This document shows, one piece after another, positions 1-9,975 of a stretch of 44,257 nt of DNA (within the stretch, counting starts at the first letter, position 1; every line of letters begins with the position of its first letter). Location of the stretch: contig CAYVCD010000003.1 of assembly GCA_964450115.1 (NCBI GenBank), forward strand, positions 1-44,257, in the 5' to 3' direction. Both the position numbers and the translations under genes were made by a program. The notes beneath the pieces were generated by a model. It was not told the origin of the DNA. It ran no database searches and saw only the letters and a list, made by a program, of their open reading frames with translations. This DNA comes from an uncultured Planctomycetia bacterium. GTDB lineage: Bacteria; Omnitrophota; Gorgyraeia; 2-01-FULL-45-10.

Positions 1-1
1 G

Positions 2-613
2 GATCCTTATTACGAGCCTGACGAAGATACATATCAGCTTACGAAAGGAATAGACGGCTGTACGGCGAAGCCTTGCTATGTCGAGGTTGAGTTTAAGCAT
101 GGTATTCCTGTGAAGTTGAATGGCAAGTCGATGGACGGAGTAAGCCTTATCCGGAAGCTAGCGAAGACCGCCGGGGACGCCGGCGTCGGAAGAAGCGATA
201 TGATAGAGAACAGGCTCGTAGGGATAAAGTCCAGGGAGATATATGAGGCTCCGGCGGGCACTGTGCTTTATGCGGCGCACAAAGCTCTGGAGAGCCTTGT
301 CTTGGATAGGGAGCTTATGCATTACAAGGATACCGTAGCTTTAAAATATGCCGAGCTCGTATACTACGGGTTATGGTATACACCGTTAAAGAAAGCGCTC
401 GATAAGTTCATTGATGAGACGCAAAAATATGTCAATGGCACTGTGAAGCTGAAACTGCACAAAGGGAATTGCTCTGTGGTGGGCAGAAGATCGCCGAATT
501 CTCTCTATAAGAAGGATCTCGCGACATACGAGAAGGGCGACAAGTTCGATCAGTCGCTGGCCAAGGGCTTTATAGAGTTGTGGGGACTGCCATATAAAGG
601 GAGAGGTATATAA
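2..613 (+). CDS. argG: Argininosuccinate synthase, 3' part (begins before window)
   Basis: Frame is open from position 2 (DPYYEPDEDTYQLT...). Motifs ENRLVGIKSREIYEAPA, LVYYGLWY and AKGFIELWGLP. Stop overlaps the argH ATG (TAATG). Confidence 0.96.
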   Translation, partial: DPYYEPDEDTYQLTKGIDGCTAKPCYVEVEFKHGIPVKLNGKSMDGVSLIRKLAKTAGDAGVGRSDMIENRLVGIKSREIYEAPAGTVLYAAHKALESLVLDRELMHYKDTVALKYAELVYYGLWYTPLKKALDKFIDETQKYVNGTVKLKLHKGNCSVVGRRSPNSLYKKDLATYEKGDKFDQSLAKGFIELWGLPYKGRGI

Positions 614-1956
614 TGGGTAAGAAGCTATGGGGTGGAAGATTCGCAAAGCCGACGGATCCGTCGGTGGAAGAGTTCACCAGATCCATACAGTATGACTATA
701 AGTTGGCGAAATACGACATCTTAGGCTCGATCGTCCACGTGGAGATACTTGGCAAGGCCGGCTATCTTAAGCCAAAAGAAGTATCGAAGATCCAGTCCGC
801 CCTTTTAAAGATAGGCGGCGGCAATTTTTCTCCGGACCTCTCTTATGAGGATGTCCACAGCCAGATACAGGATTCGCTCGAGAAGAAGATAGGTGATCTT
901 GCGCTTAAACTTCATACGGCCCGGTCAAGAAATGACCAGGTTGTATTCGCGACAAAAGTATACTGTATAGATAAATTGACGGAAGTCGCCGCGCTGGGTG
1001 AAGGCGTGATCGCTGCGTTAAAGTCTCTGGCGAAGGCCAACAGCGACATTATAATGCCCGGTTTTACTCATATGCAGCATGCGCAGCCCGTATATCTGAA
1101 AGATCATCTCGGGGCTTATGTCATTATGCTTGAGGCAAGCATCGATAAGGTAAGAATAGCCGCAAAGGACATAAAGCTTACCATGGGCGCCGGCGCGCTG
1201 GCCGGAACGCCCATACAGGCAAAACACTATAACGTATCGATGGATAAATATGCTAAGAAACTGGGCATAAAGCCGACCGGGCTGAAGTTGGAGCCGACGA
1301 AGAACTCAATATATACGGTAAGCGATAGAAGCTTTGTGGCGGAGGCGCTGAACGTCACAGCCATCATAGCGACGCACCTGTCCAGGTTTGCCGAGGACCT
1401 TATAATATGGTCTACAAAAGAGTTCGACTTTGTAGATATAGATGAAGCTTTCTGCACGGGCAGCTCTCTGATGCCGCATAAGAAGAATGCCGACGCGCTG
1501 GAAATGATAAGAGGAAGCGCCGGCAGACTGTACGGAAATCGCATGGGGTTTTTAGTGGTCATAAAAGGCCTGCCACTATCCTATAACAGGGATATGCAGC
1601 TTGATAAGGAGCCTCTCTTCGACTCATTCAGCACGGTTATAAAAGAGCTAGAGGTATTAAAAGGGCTTGTCAAGACGCTTAAGTTCAACAAAGAGAAGAT
1701 AGAGTCGCAGCTGGATGACGAATCTCTGTACGCGACCGATATCGTCTACTATCTTGTCGATAAGGGGGTTGCTTTCAAGACGGCTCACGCTATAGTGGGC
1801 AAGCTTGTAAAGTACTCGATCGATAACGGGATCGAGATAAAGAGTATGACTACTCATGAGCTTTCCAGATTTTCAGACAAGTTTAAAAGTAAGGAGATGA
1901 TCAGATTGTTCGATCCGAAAGTTTCGGTCGATTCAAAGAGATCGGTGAAGAGATAA
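613..1956 (+). CDS. argH: Argininosuccinate lyase
   Basis: KLWGGRF N-terminus, LHTARSRNDQV, PGFTHMQHAQP, fumarase-superfamily GSSLMPHKKN, GLPLSYNRDMQ. Confidence 0.96.
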   Translation: MGKKLWGGRFAKPTDPSVEEFTRSIQYDYKLAKYDILGSIVHVEILGKAGYLKPKEVSKIQSALLKIGGGNFSPDLSYEDVHSQIQDSLEKKIGDLALKLHTARSRNDQVVFATKVYCIDKLTEVAALGEGVIAALKSLAKANSDIIMPGFTHMQHAQPVYLKDHLGAYVIMLEASIDKVRIAAKDIKLTMGAGALAGTPIQAKHYNVSMDKYAKKLGIKPTGLKLEPTKNSIYTVSDRSFVAEALNVTAIIATHLSRFAEDLIIWSTKEFDFVDIDEAFCTGSSLMPHKKNADALEMIRGSAGRLYGNRMGFLVVIKGLPLSYNRDMQLDKEPLFDSFSTVIKELEVLKGLVKTLKFNKEKIESQLDDESLYATDIVYYLVDKGVAFKTAHAIVGKLVKYSIDNGIEIKSMTTHELSRFSDKFKSKEMIRLFDPKVSVDSKRSVKR

Positions 1957-3212
1957 TGCATGAATTTACGTTCAAGGATAACGAGCTTTACTGCGAAGAT
2001 ATAAAGATATCGACAATAGCCAAGAAGGTCACGACTCCTTTTTATCTCTACAGTTACAAGACGCTTATCGACCATTACAGGAAGTTAAAGGTGGCCTTCA
2101 GCGCCATAAGTCCGCTGATATGCTTCTCGGTAAAGAGTAATTCCAACATAGCCATGCTACGCGCGCTAGTAAAGAACGGCGCCGGGCTCGATATCGTCTC
2201 GGGCGGAGAGCTATACAGGGCACGGCTTGCCGGGGCCGATCCGAAAAAAATAGTCTATGCCGGTGTAGGCAAGAGACCGGATGAGATCATGGATGCGATA
2301 AAGTTCGGCATCCTCTTCTTTAATGTCGAATCCGAAGAAGAGCTGGAGACAATACAGAATATAGCAGCATCTCTCAAGAAGCGTGTAAATATCGCCATAC
2401 GCATAAATCCCGACGTAGTGCCCAAGACGCACTCTCACATAGCTACCGGGAAGGGCGACTCAAAATTCGGGCTTGATTTTGAAACGGTACATAAGATATT
2501 CAACTCACAGTGGAGATATCCCGATCTTAATATAAGGGGAGTCCACATACATATAGGCTCTCAGATAGTGGACTCAGATCCTTTCGAAGAGGCAATAAAG
2601 AAGGTATTGGCTTTCTTGAAAAAGTACAATATAGAGGTGGATCATTTCAATATCGGCGGCGGCTTAGGCATAATATACTCGATAGAGAATCCGCAGACGG
2701 CAAAGAACTTCGCGAAGAGGATACTGCCGATACTGAAAAAGACGCGTCTCAAGATAATACTGGAGCCAGGACGTTTTATATCGGGGAATAGCGGCATCCT
2801 TGTTACGAAGGTCCTATATACAAAGATAACCCCGAGGAATACATTTGTTGTAGTGGACGGCGGCATGAGCGACCTTATACGTCCGAGCCTTTACACGGCG
2901 TATCACAAGATAGTGCCCGTGAAAGTAGAGCAGGACAGCTCTCAGACATGCGACAAGGTAGATATCGTAGGGCCCATATGCGAATCCGGAGATTTTCTGG
3001 GCAAGGACAGGCTCCTGCCGATGATGCATAAGGGCGATCTTCTCGCTGTTATGGGCGCCGGAGCCTATGGTTTTACCATGTCGAGCAATTATAATTCCCG
3101 GCCGCGCGCTGCGGAAGCGATGGTCATCAACAGTAAGGTGCATATTATAAGGCGGCAGGAAGGTTATGCCGATCTAGTCCGCGGAGAGTCGATACCGAAA
3201 GAGTTAAAGTGA
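1956..3212 (+). CDS. lysA: Diaminopimelate decarboxylase
   Basis: FSVKSN (PLP lysine), DIVSGGEL, HIHIGSQ, EPGR, GPICESGD, GAYGFTMSSNYNSRPR. Confidence 0.96.
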   Translation: MHEFTFKDNELYCEDIKISTIAKKVTTPFYLYSYKTLIDHYRKLKVAFSAISPLICFSVKSNSNIAMLRALVKNGAGLDIVSGGELYRARLAGADPKKIVYAGVGKRPDEIMDAIKFGILFFNVESEEELETIQNIAASLKKRVNIAIRINPDVVPKTHSHIATGKGDSKFGLDFETVHKIFNSQWRYPDLNIRGVHIHIGSQIVDSDPFEEAIKKVLAFLKKYNIEVDHFNIGGGLGIIYSIENPQTAKNFAKRILPILKKTRLKIILEPGRFISGNSGILVTKVLYTKITPRNTFVVVDGGMSDLIRPSLYTAYHKIVPVKVEQDSSQTCDKVDIVGPICESGDFLGKDRLLPMMHKGDLLAVMGAGAYGFTMSSNYNSRPRAAEAMVINSKVHIIRRQEGYADLVRGESIPKELK

Positions 3213-4021
3213 TCAAATTCACCAAGAGCGTAGCCACCGGCAATGATTTTATCATCGTCGATAATCGCAGTCTTGTCCTGAAGAGCGATCCGGCCAAAAT
3301 AGCGAAGAAGCTTTGCGACAGATTTTACGGGGTGGGCGCGGACGGCCTTCTCCTTGTGGAAAAGTCGAGCTCAGCAGATCTCAAGATGCGCATATTCAAT
3401 TCCGATGGCAGTGAGGCCGAGATGTGCGGCAACGGCTCGCGCTGTGCCGCACTTTACGCGTTTGCCAAAAAAATAGCGCCTGCCGACATGAAGATAGAGA
3501 CTATGGCCGGTATCCTGAACGCGAATGTTAAAGGCGAGATCGTCAAAGTGAAACTTACGGACCCAAAGGATATACAATGGAACCTTTGCTTGATGATACA
3601 CGAGTGCCCTTACAAAGTAAATTTTGCCAATACGGGAGTTCCGCACGTCATACATTTCGTAGATGATCTCGAGTCGGTCGAGGTAAAGAACCTCGGCCCC
3701 AAGATGAGATACCATGAAGAGTTCTCGCCCTACGGCGCAAATGTGGACTTCGTCAAGATCGCGGATAAGAAGAGTAATAAGATAGCGGTCAGGACCTATG
3801 AGAGAGGCGTCGAGAATGAGACTCTCGCCTGCGGCACGGGTGCCGTGGCAAGCGCCATAATATCGGCCGAGGCAGAGAAGCTGCTCTCTCCAATCACCGT
3901 GGAGACGAGATCGGGCGAGGTATTAAAAGTATATTTTGAATATAAAGAAGGGAACTTTAAGAACGTATATCTGGAAGGCAAAGCAAAATTAGTCTACGAA
4001 GGGGAGATCGAAAATGTTTAA
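3209..4021 (+). CDS. dapF: Diaminopimelate epimerase
   Basis: GNDF, GADG, NSDGSEAEMCGNG, GVPH, YERGVENETLACGTGA. GTG start overlaps the lysA stop. Confidence 0.96.
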   Translation: MIKFTKSVATGNDFIIVDNRSLVLKSDPAKIAKKLCDRFYGVGADGLLLVEKSSSADLKMRIFNSDGSEAEMCGNGSRCAALYAFAKKIAPADMKIETMAGILNANVKGEIVKVKLTDPKDIQWNLCLMIHECPYKVNFANTGVPHVIHFVDDLESVEVKNLGPKMRYHEEFSPYGANVDFVKIADKKSNKIAVRTYERGVENETLACGTGAVASAIISAEAEKLLSPITVETRSGEVLKVYFEYKEGNFKNVYLEGKAKLVYEGEIENV

Positions 4022-4886
4022 AGGATCGATGGTTGCTCTTGTTACGCCGTTCAAGAACGGTAAGATCGATGAGAAGGCTCTTGGAGAGCTCGTGGAGTTC
4101 CATATTAAGAATGGCACGACCGCTCTTGTGCCATGCGGCACTACGGGTGAATCCGCGACGCTCAACTATGAAGAGCACGATAAGGTCATAGAGCTGACGA
4201 TAGAGTTCGCTAAGGGCAGGATACCGGTCATCGCCGGCACAGGCTCAAATTCTACGGAAGAGGCTATTGCGCTGACGAAGCATGCTTTAAGGGCCGGAGC
4301 CAAGGCATCTCTACAGGTGAGCCCTTATTATAACCGTCCTACGCAGAAAGGCCTCTACCTGCACTTTAAGGCGATCGCCGAGGCGGTCGATATCCCCATA
4401 ATCTTATACAACATAGCTTCGAGGACCGGTGTAAATATTGAGCCCGAGACATTCGTAAAGCTGGCCGAGGTGAAGAATATCATTGGAGTGAAGGAGGCCA
4501 GCGGCAGCCTGGAGCAGATGTCCAGGATCAGAAAGTTAGTGCCGAAGGATTTCCTGCTTATCTCAGGAGATGACGCGTTGACGCTTCCGGTGATGTCTAT
4601 AGGCGGTGTCGGGATAATATCCGTTGTGGCGAACATAATACCGCGCGATGTGGCCGATATGTGCCGGGCGTTCGAAAAGGGAGATATGAAGAAGGCAGAA
4701 GAACTGCACTATAAGATGCTCGATCTCATCAAGGCGATGTTTGTCGAGACCAATCCGATACCCGTAAAGACCGCCATGGCCCTGATGAAGATGATAGACC
4801 CCGAGATACGATTGCCGCTATGCGAGATGATGCCGGAGAATAAGGAGAAGCTCGTGAAGGCTTTGAAGGACTACAAGCTTATATAG
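4014..4886 (+). CDS. dapA: 4-hydroxy-tetrahydrodipicolinate synthase
   Basis: GTTGES, GTGSNST, PYYNRP, LYN, GVKEASG, SGDD, ETNPIPVK. Confidence 0.97.
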   Translation: MFKGSMVALVTPFKNGKIDEKALGELVEFHIKNGTTALVPCGTTGESATLNYEEHDKVIELTIEFAKGRIPVIAGTGSNSTEEAIALTKHALRAGAKASLQVSPYYNRPTQKGLYLHFKAIAEAVDIPIILYNIASRTGVNIEPETFVKLAEVKNIIGVKEASGSLEQMSRIRKLVPKDFLLISGDDALTLPVMSIGGVGIISVVANIIPRDVADMCRAFEKGDMKKAEELHYKMLDLIKAMFVETNPIPVKTAMALMKMIDPEIRLPLCEMMPENKEKLVKALKDYKLI

Positions 4887-4900
4887 AGAGGAGTTTTACA

Positions 4901-5578
4901 ATGACCAAGATTTGTGTAAGCGGCTCGGAAGGCAAGATGGGTTCTCGTATAATAGAGCTTGCCAAAGAAGACCCCGGGTTGGAAGTGGCTGCAGGATTTG
5001 ACCTCGATGGTAACGCAGAGCTTGGTATCACGGCTTGCGAATGTCTGATAGATTTCACATCTCCGAAGGCCACTATGGAGCATCTGGCGTTATGTGAAAA
5101 ACTGAAGAAGCCGATGGTCATAGGTACTACCGGGTTATCCGAAGAGGATAAGTCCAAGATAAAAGAAGCCTCAAGCCATATTCCTATAGTATTATCCGCG
5201 AATATGTCTACGGGCGTGAATCTACTATTCAAACTGATCGAGGATGCGTCAAAAGTTTTAGGAAAAGAATATGAGATAAGCATACTTGAGGCCCATCACT
5301 CGGAGAAGAAGGACTCTCCGAGCGGAACGGCTAAAGAGATGGAACGAATAGCGAAAAGCATAATGGGTCCCGATATCGATGTTGCGATAAGCTCCGTCAG
5401 GGAAGGCGATATAGTAGGCGAACACACGATCGCTTTTGAGAGCGATGTGGACCTTATCGAGATCACGCATAGCGCCAAGACCCGTGACATATTCGCGAAG
5501 GGCGCTCTCAAGGCCGCGAAGTTTGTTGTTGGCAAGAAGCACGGCCTGTTTACTATGAAGGAAGTCCTGGCTATTTAA
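4901..5578 (+). CDS. dapB: 4-hydroxy-tetrahydrodipicolinate reductase
   Basis: GKMG, IDFT, VIGTTG, SANMSTGVN, EAHHSEKKDSPSGTA, GEH, FAKGA. RBS GAGGAG upstream. Confidence 0.96.
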   Translation: MTKICVSGSEGKMGSRIIELAKEDPGLEVAAGFDLDGNAELGITACECLIDFTSPKATMEHLALCEKLKKPMVIGTTGLSEEDKSKIKEASSHIPIVLSANMSTGVNLLFKLIEDASKVLGKEYEISILEAHHSEKKDSPSGTAKEMERIAKSIMGPDIDVAISSVREGDIVGEHTIAFESDVDLIEITHSAKTRDIFAKGALKAAKFVVGKKHGLFTMKEVLAI

Positions 5579-5606
5579 GATAAAAGGAAGGGGGCGGGTT
5601 ATCGAC

Positions 5607-6548
5607 ATGATTTTTAATAAACGATATACGATATTGTTGGTAATGATTCATACTCTTTTACTCTCTTCTCTTTTGTATGCTGCTGAACCAGCCAAAGAGG
5701 CCGGTGTGATGAATATGAAAAATCTACTGATAGACATCAAAAAGACGGTCGTCTTCCTGGGTGATGTAGTTGAAGACAGGAGTACTCATAACAAGAGTAT
5801 CAATCTATATGGTACGGGGTTTTTGGTCAAGATCCAGGAGATCTATTATCTGGTAACGGCAAAACATATCATAAAGGATCCGGATACGGGCGCGCTCAGG
5901 GACGGCGGGATGTTCGTGTTTTTGAACGCGAAAAAGGGCAATATAAATTTCAGAAAGATCGAAGAGATAAAGAAAAATTTTAAAGTCGACTGGGTATTTC
6001 ATAGTAATCCGGATGTCGACATCGCCATAATCCCATGGCCGCTCGATATGGCAAATGATGATGTGAGGGTCGTCCCCGAAGAATTATTCACAAAATCGGA
6101 TAGGATTTTCGAGCTTTATGATATCTTTTTCATATCATTTCAACCCGGGATAGATATGACAACAAAGATCTCGCCGGTCTTTAAGACCGGCACGATCAGC
6201 TTGGTCAATAGCGATAAGACATTTTATATAAACGCGTCAGCTTTTCCGGGCAATAGCGGCAGCCCTGTCTTCCTTAAGCCGTCACCTTCGAGATTCGATG
6301 ATCCATCCTTTTTAATAGGGGGAGGTAACCTGGACGGTACTTTTATAGGGATGGTAGGAAATTATATAGCATATCAGGAGGTGGCCGTAAGCGTACAGAC
6401 CAAAAGGCCCCGCATAGTATTTGAAGAGAACACCGGACTCTCAAAAATATGGTCGGTGGAATATATACAGGAGATACTGAATTCGGATGTTTTTAGGGCG
6501 CAACAGCTGGGTCTGAAAAAATTATTTAAGATCGATAAAGCTAAATAA
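5607..6548 (+). CDS. Exported trypsin-like (PA clan) serine protease
   Basis: Signal peptide-like N-terminus, GTGFLV, catalytic triad motifs VTAKH, DIAI and PGNSGSP. Confidence 0.85.
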   Translation: MIFNKRYTILLVMIHTLLLSSLLYAAEPAKEAGVMNMKNLLIDIKKTVVFLGDVVEDRSTHNKSINLYGTGFLVKIQEIYYLVTAKHIIKDPDTGALRDGGMFVFLNAKKGNINFRKIEEIKKNFKVDWVFHSNPDVDIAIIPWPLDMANDDVRVVPEELFTKSDRIFELYDIFFISFQPGIDMTTKISPVFKTGTISLVNSDKTFYINASAFPGNSGSPVFLKPSPSRFDDPSFLIGGGNLDGTFIGMVGNYIAYQEVAVSVQTKRPRIVFEENTGLSKIWSVEYIQEILNSDVFRAQQLGLKKLFKIDKAK

Positions 6549-6564
6549 CGTAATGGAGTAAGTC

Positions 6565-7731
6565 ATGAACTTTGAGAAATCAGATAGGTTGAAGAAGCTG
6601 CCGCCGTATCTCTTCGTAGAGATAGATAAGGCGAAGAAGAAGGCGCGTGAAGAGGGGCGCGACATAATAGATCTGGGCGTAGGGGATCCCGACATACCGA
6701 CGCCGAAGTTCATAATCAATGCGCTGGCAAAGGCGGCTAAAGATCCGACAACGCACAGATATTCGCTAGACCAGGGCATACCGGAGTTTAGATCTGCCGC
6801 CGCAAAGTGGCTCTTGAAGCGATTCGGGGTAGAATTCGATCCCGATACGGAAATATATCCATTAATAGGTTCGAAAGAGGGCATAGCGCATATACCGCTG
6901 GCGTTCATAAATCCGGGCGATGCTGTATTGGTGCCCGACCCATGTTATCCGCCTTACCGCTCAGGAACTATATTTGCCGGAGGCGAGATAATCTATATGC
7001 CTCTTCTCGAAAAGAACAAGTTCCTGCCCGATCTAAAGGCTATAAATCACCATCTTCTCCATAAGGCGAAGATGGTATTTATAAATTATCCTAATAATCC
7101 AACTTCCGCCGTTTGCGATAAGAGGTTCCTGAAAGACGTCGTGGATTTCGCGAAGAAGCACAATCTTTTAGTATGCAGCGACACAGCCTACTCGGAGATA
7201 ACATTCGACGGCTACAAAGCTCCGAGCATATTTGAAGTGGATGGCGCCAGGGACGTGGCGGTGGAGTTCCATTCGCTTTCGAAGACATTCAACATGACGG
7301 GATGGAGAATAGGATTTGCCTGCGGCAATGCCTCAATAATAGAGGGACTGGCAAAGGTGAAGAGCAATATCGACTCCGGTATATTCTCGGCCATACAGAG
7401 GGCGGGGGTCGTAGCGCTGGAAAACTATGATAAGCATATTAAGTCGGTGATAAAGATATATCAGGAAAGGCGCGATATCCTGGTGGATGGCCTTAACTCA
7501 TTAGGCCTGCATGTGGAAAAGCCGAAGGCGACTTTCTACATATGGGTAAAGGTGCCGCCGCGTTATACGTCCGCGACCTTCGCGAAGACATTGCTCGAAA
7601 AGTGCGACATAGTGGCTACTCCCGGCAACGGGTTCGGTGAACACGGTGAAGGATATATACGTATGGTCGTTACTGTAGATAAGAAGAAGATCAAAGAAGC
7701 GATCGAGCGTATCAGAAAAAGACTGGCTTAG
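6565..7731 (+). CDS. dapL: LL-diaminopimelate aminotransferase (class I/II PLP aminotransferase)
   Basis: LPPYLF, DLGVGDPD, GSKEG, NYPNNPT, SLSKTFNMTGWRIG. Sits in the dapF-dapA-dapB-lysA context. Confidence 0.85.
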   Translation: MNFEKSDRLKKLPPYLFVEIDKAKKKAREEGRDIIDLGVGDPDIPTPKFIINALAKAAKDPTTHRYSLDQGIPEFRSAAAKWLLKRFGVEFDPDTEIYPLIGSKEGIAHIPLAFINPGDAVLVPDPCYPPYRSGTIFAGGEIIYMPLLEKNKFLPDLKAINHHLLHKAKMVFINYPNNPTSAVCDKRFLKDVVDFAKKHNLLVCSDTAYSEITFDGYKAPSIFEVDGARDVAVEFHSLSKTFNMTGWRIGFACGNASIIEGLAKVKSNIDSGIFSAIQRAGVVALENYDKHIKSVIKIYQERRDILVDGLNSLGLHVEKPKATFYIWVKVPPRYTSATFAKTLLEKCDIVATPGNGFGEHGEGYIRMVVTVDKKKIKEAIERIRKRLA

Positions 7732-8136
7732 ATGGCGACCTGTTACATCGGCGTCGGCTCTAATATAGGCGACAGACGGAAATTTATAGATAGCTCGATA
7801 GAAGAGCTCAAGAAGGTGCGGGGGGTCAAGGTAACAAGAGTCTCATCGATATACGAGACTCTGCCGGTGAGCGATATCCCGCAGGGCAGGTACTTGAACG
7901 GCGTCATTGAAATAGAGACAGAGATAGGCCCGAAAGCTCTGCTGAAAGAGCTGAACAGGATAGAGGAAGGTCTGGGGCGCAAGAGGACTATAAAGAACGC
8001 TCCGAGGACGATCGATCTGGACATTCTTTATTACGGCGACGAGAGCGTTAACGAAGAAGGTATTGTGATCCCGCATCCGGGGATAGCCGACAGGGAGTTT
8101 GTTTTGAAGGGCTTAAGAGAGTTGGGAAAAGCTTAA
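7732..8136 (+). CDS. folK: 2-amino-4-hydroxy-6-hydroxymethyldihydropteridine diphosphokinase
   Basis: GVGSNIGDR, SSIYET, YLN, PRTIDLDIL, IPHP, REFVL. Confidence 0.95.
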   Translation: MATCYIGVGSNIGDRRKFIDSSIEELKKVRGVKVTRVSSIYETLPVSDIPQGRYLNGVIEIETEIGPKALLKELNRIEEGLGRKRTIKNAPRTIDLDILYYGDESVNEEGIVIPHPGIADREFVLKGLRELGKA

Positions 8137-8137
8137 A

Positions 8138-8986
8138 GTGAAGACCATAGAAAATATCTCGAGGATGTCGACGTTCGTAAAGATAATGAAGAAAGAGGGC
8201 AAGTCCATCGGCCTCGTTCCCACGATGGGTTATCTGCACGAAGGGCATTTGAGCCTCGTCAAGGCGGCTAAGAAACATACCGATGTCGTAGTCATGAGCG
8301 TATTCATAAACCCCCTCCAGTTCGGACCTAAAGAAGATTTCGAGAAATACCCAAGAGACCTGAAACATGATGAAGAGATGGCGCGCGAAGCGGGTGTAGA
8401 TGTCATATTCTACCCCTCTCTTAAAGATATATATCCGGAAGGCTATGCCACTTACGTTACTGTGGAGAAGTTGACCGGTAACCTCTGCGGCGAGTCGCGT
8501 CCGGGACATTTCAGGGGCGTTGCTACTATAGTGACAAAGTTGTTCAATATAGTAAGACCGGATGTCGCATATTTCGGACAGAAGGACATGCAGCAGGCCC
8601 TTATTATAAAGAAGATGGCTTCCGACCTCAATATGGATATAGAGGTGAAGATAATCCCGATAGTCAGGGATGATGACGGCCTTGCCATGAGCTCCAGAAA
8701 TATCTATCTGAGCGATGCCGAGAGAAAGGACGCCGTCGTTCTCCACCAGTCCCTTAAAAATGCCGAGATGCTGATAAAGAACGGTGAGCGGGATGCGAGG
8801 AAGGTCATAAAGGCTGTGGAGGATATGATAAAAGCCAAACAGTCTGCCAGGGTGGAATATGTAAAGCTGGTAGATACCAGGGAATTAAAGGATATAAAGA
8901 CGATAACCGGTGAGATCGCATTAGCGGTCGCCGTATTTTTCTCAAGCACGCGGCTTATTGACAACATAACAATCACGGTGAAGTAG
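8138..8986 (+). CDS. panC: Pantoate--beta-alanine ligase
   Basis: VPTMGYLHEGH, FINPLQF, RPGHFRGV, FGQKD, GLAMSSRN, RLIDN. Confidence 0.97.
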   Translation: MKTIENISRMSTFVKIMKKEGKSIGLVPTMGYLHEGHLSLVKAAKKHTDVVVMSVFINPLQFGPKEDFEKYPRDLKHDEEMAREAGVDVIFYPSLKDIYPEGYATYVTVEKLTGNLCGESRPGHFRGVATIVTKLFNIVRPDVAYFGQKDMQQALIIKKMASDLNMDIEVKIIPIVRDDDGLAMSSRNIYLSDAERKDAVVLHQSLKNAEMLIKNGERDARKVIKAVEDMIKAKQSARVEYVKLVDTRELKDIKTITGEIALAVAVFFSSTRLIDNITITVK

Positions 8987-9964
8987 ATGACCACGCATAT
9001 GCAGGATAAGGACGATATAAAGTATAACGAAGCGCTAAAGAAGAAGATAGAGAAATTAAAGAAGAAACGAAACGCCGTCATAATTACTCATAATTATCAG
9101 CGCGACGAAGTACAGGATATAGCGGATATAAGCGGCGATTCTCTCGCTCTGGCTCAGGCCGCGGTAAGGACGGATGCCGATGTAATAGTATTCTGCGGCG
9201 TTCATTTCATGGCGGAGAGCGCTTCAATATTGAATCCTGGCAAGACGGTACTATTGCCTGTAGTAGAGGCCGGCTGCCCGCTGGCCGACATGGTGACCCC
9301 TGAGAAGCTGCGCGCCGCCAAAAAACACCATCCGGGTGCCGCTATAGTCTGCTACGTAAATACGAGCGCCGAAGTAAAAGCCGAAAGCGATATAGCGTGC
9401 ACCTCAAGCAACGCGGTCGAGGTCGTAAGATCCCTAAAAGAGAAGAAGATAATATTCGTCCCGGATAAGAATCTGGGTAGATACGTCCAAAGTCAGGTTA
9501 AGGATAAAGAGATAATATTATGGGAGGGCTTCTGTCCGACGCACATCAGGGTGCAGGAAGAGGACGTTATCAGGACGAAGAAGCTCCACCATGCGGCTGA
9601 GTTTATAGCTCATCCCGAATGTAATCCGGAAGTCCTGGCGCTTGCCGACCATATCTGCTCTACCGGCGGGATGTTCACATATGTGAAGCAGTCAAGCACC
9701 AAAGAGTTTATAATCGGCACAGAGGCCGGGATGTTATACAAGCTACAGAAAGAGAATCCGGATAAGAAGTTCTATCTACCGACGCAGAACCTGGTATGCG
9801 CCAATATGAAATTGATCACTCTCGGATGGGTGGCGCATAGCCTTGAAAAGATGGTCTATGAAGTGAAGGTCGCGCCTGAGGTAAGAGAGAGGGCACTGAA
9901 GACTTTGGAGAAGATGCTGCGTGTCACCGGCGAAAAGAAGAGCGCGGCTATATCGGGATATTGA
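8987..9964 (+). CDS. nadA: Quinolinate synthase
   Basis: HNYQ, GDSL, FCGVHFMAE, AGCPLAD, CYVN, CTSSNA, PDKNLG, AHPEC, CANMK. Confidence 0.96.
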   Translation: MTTHMQDKDDIKYNEALKKKIEKLKKKRNAVIITHNYQRDEVQDIADISGDSLALAQAAVRTDADVIVFCGVHFMAESASILNPGKTVLLPVVEAGCPLADMVTPEKLRAAKKHHPGAAIVCYVNTSAEVKAESDIACTSSNAVEVVRSLKEKKIIFVPDKNLGRYVQSQVKDKEIILWEGFCPTHIRVQEEDVIRTKKLHHAAEFIAHPECNPEVLALADHICSTGGMFTYVKQSSTKEFIIGTEAGMLYKLQKENPDKKFYLPTQNLVCANMKLITLGWVAHSLEKMVYEVKVAPEVRERALKTLEKMLRVTGEKKSAAISGY

Positions 9965-9975
9965 AACCACAATAA

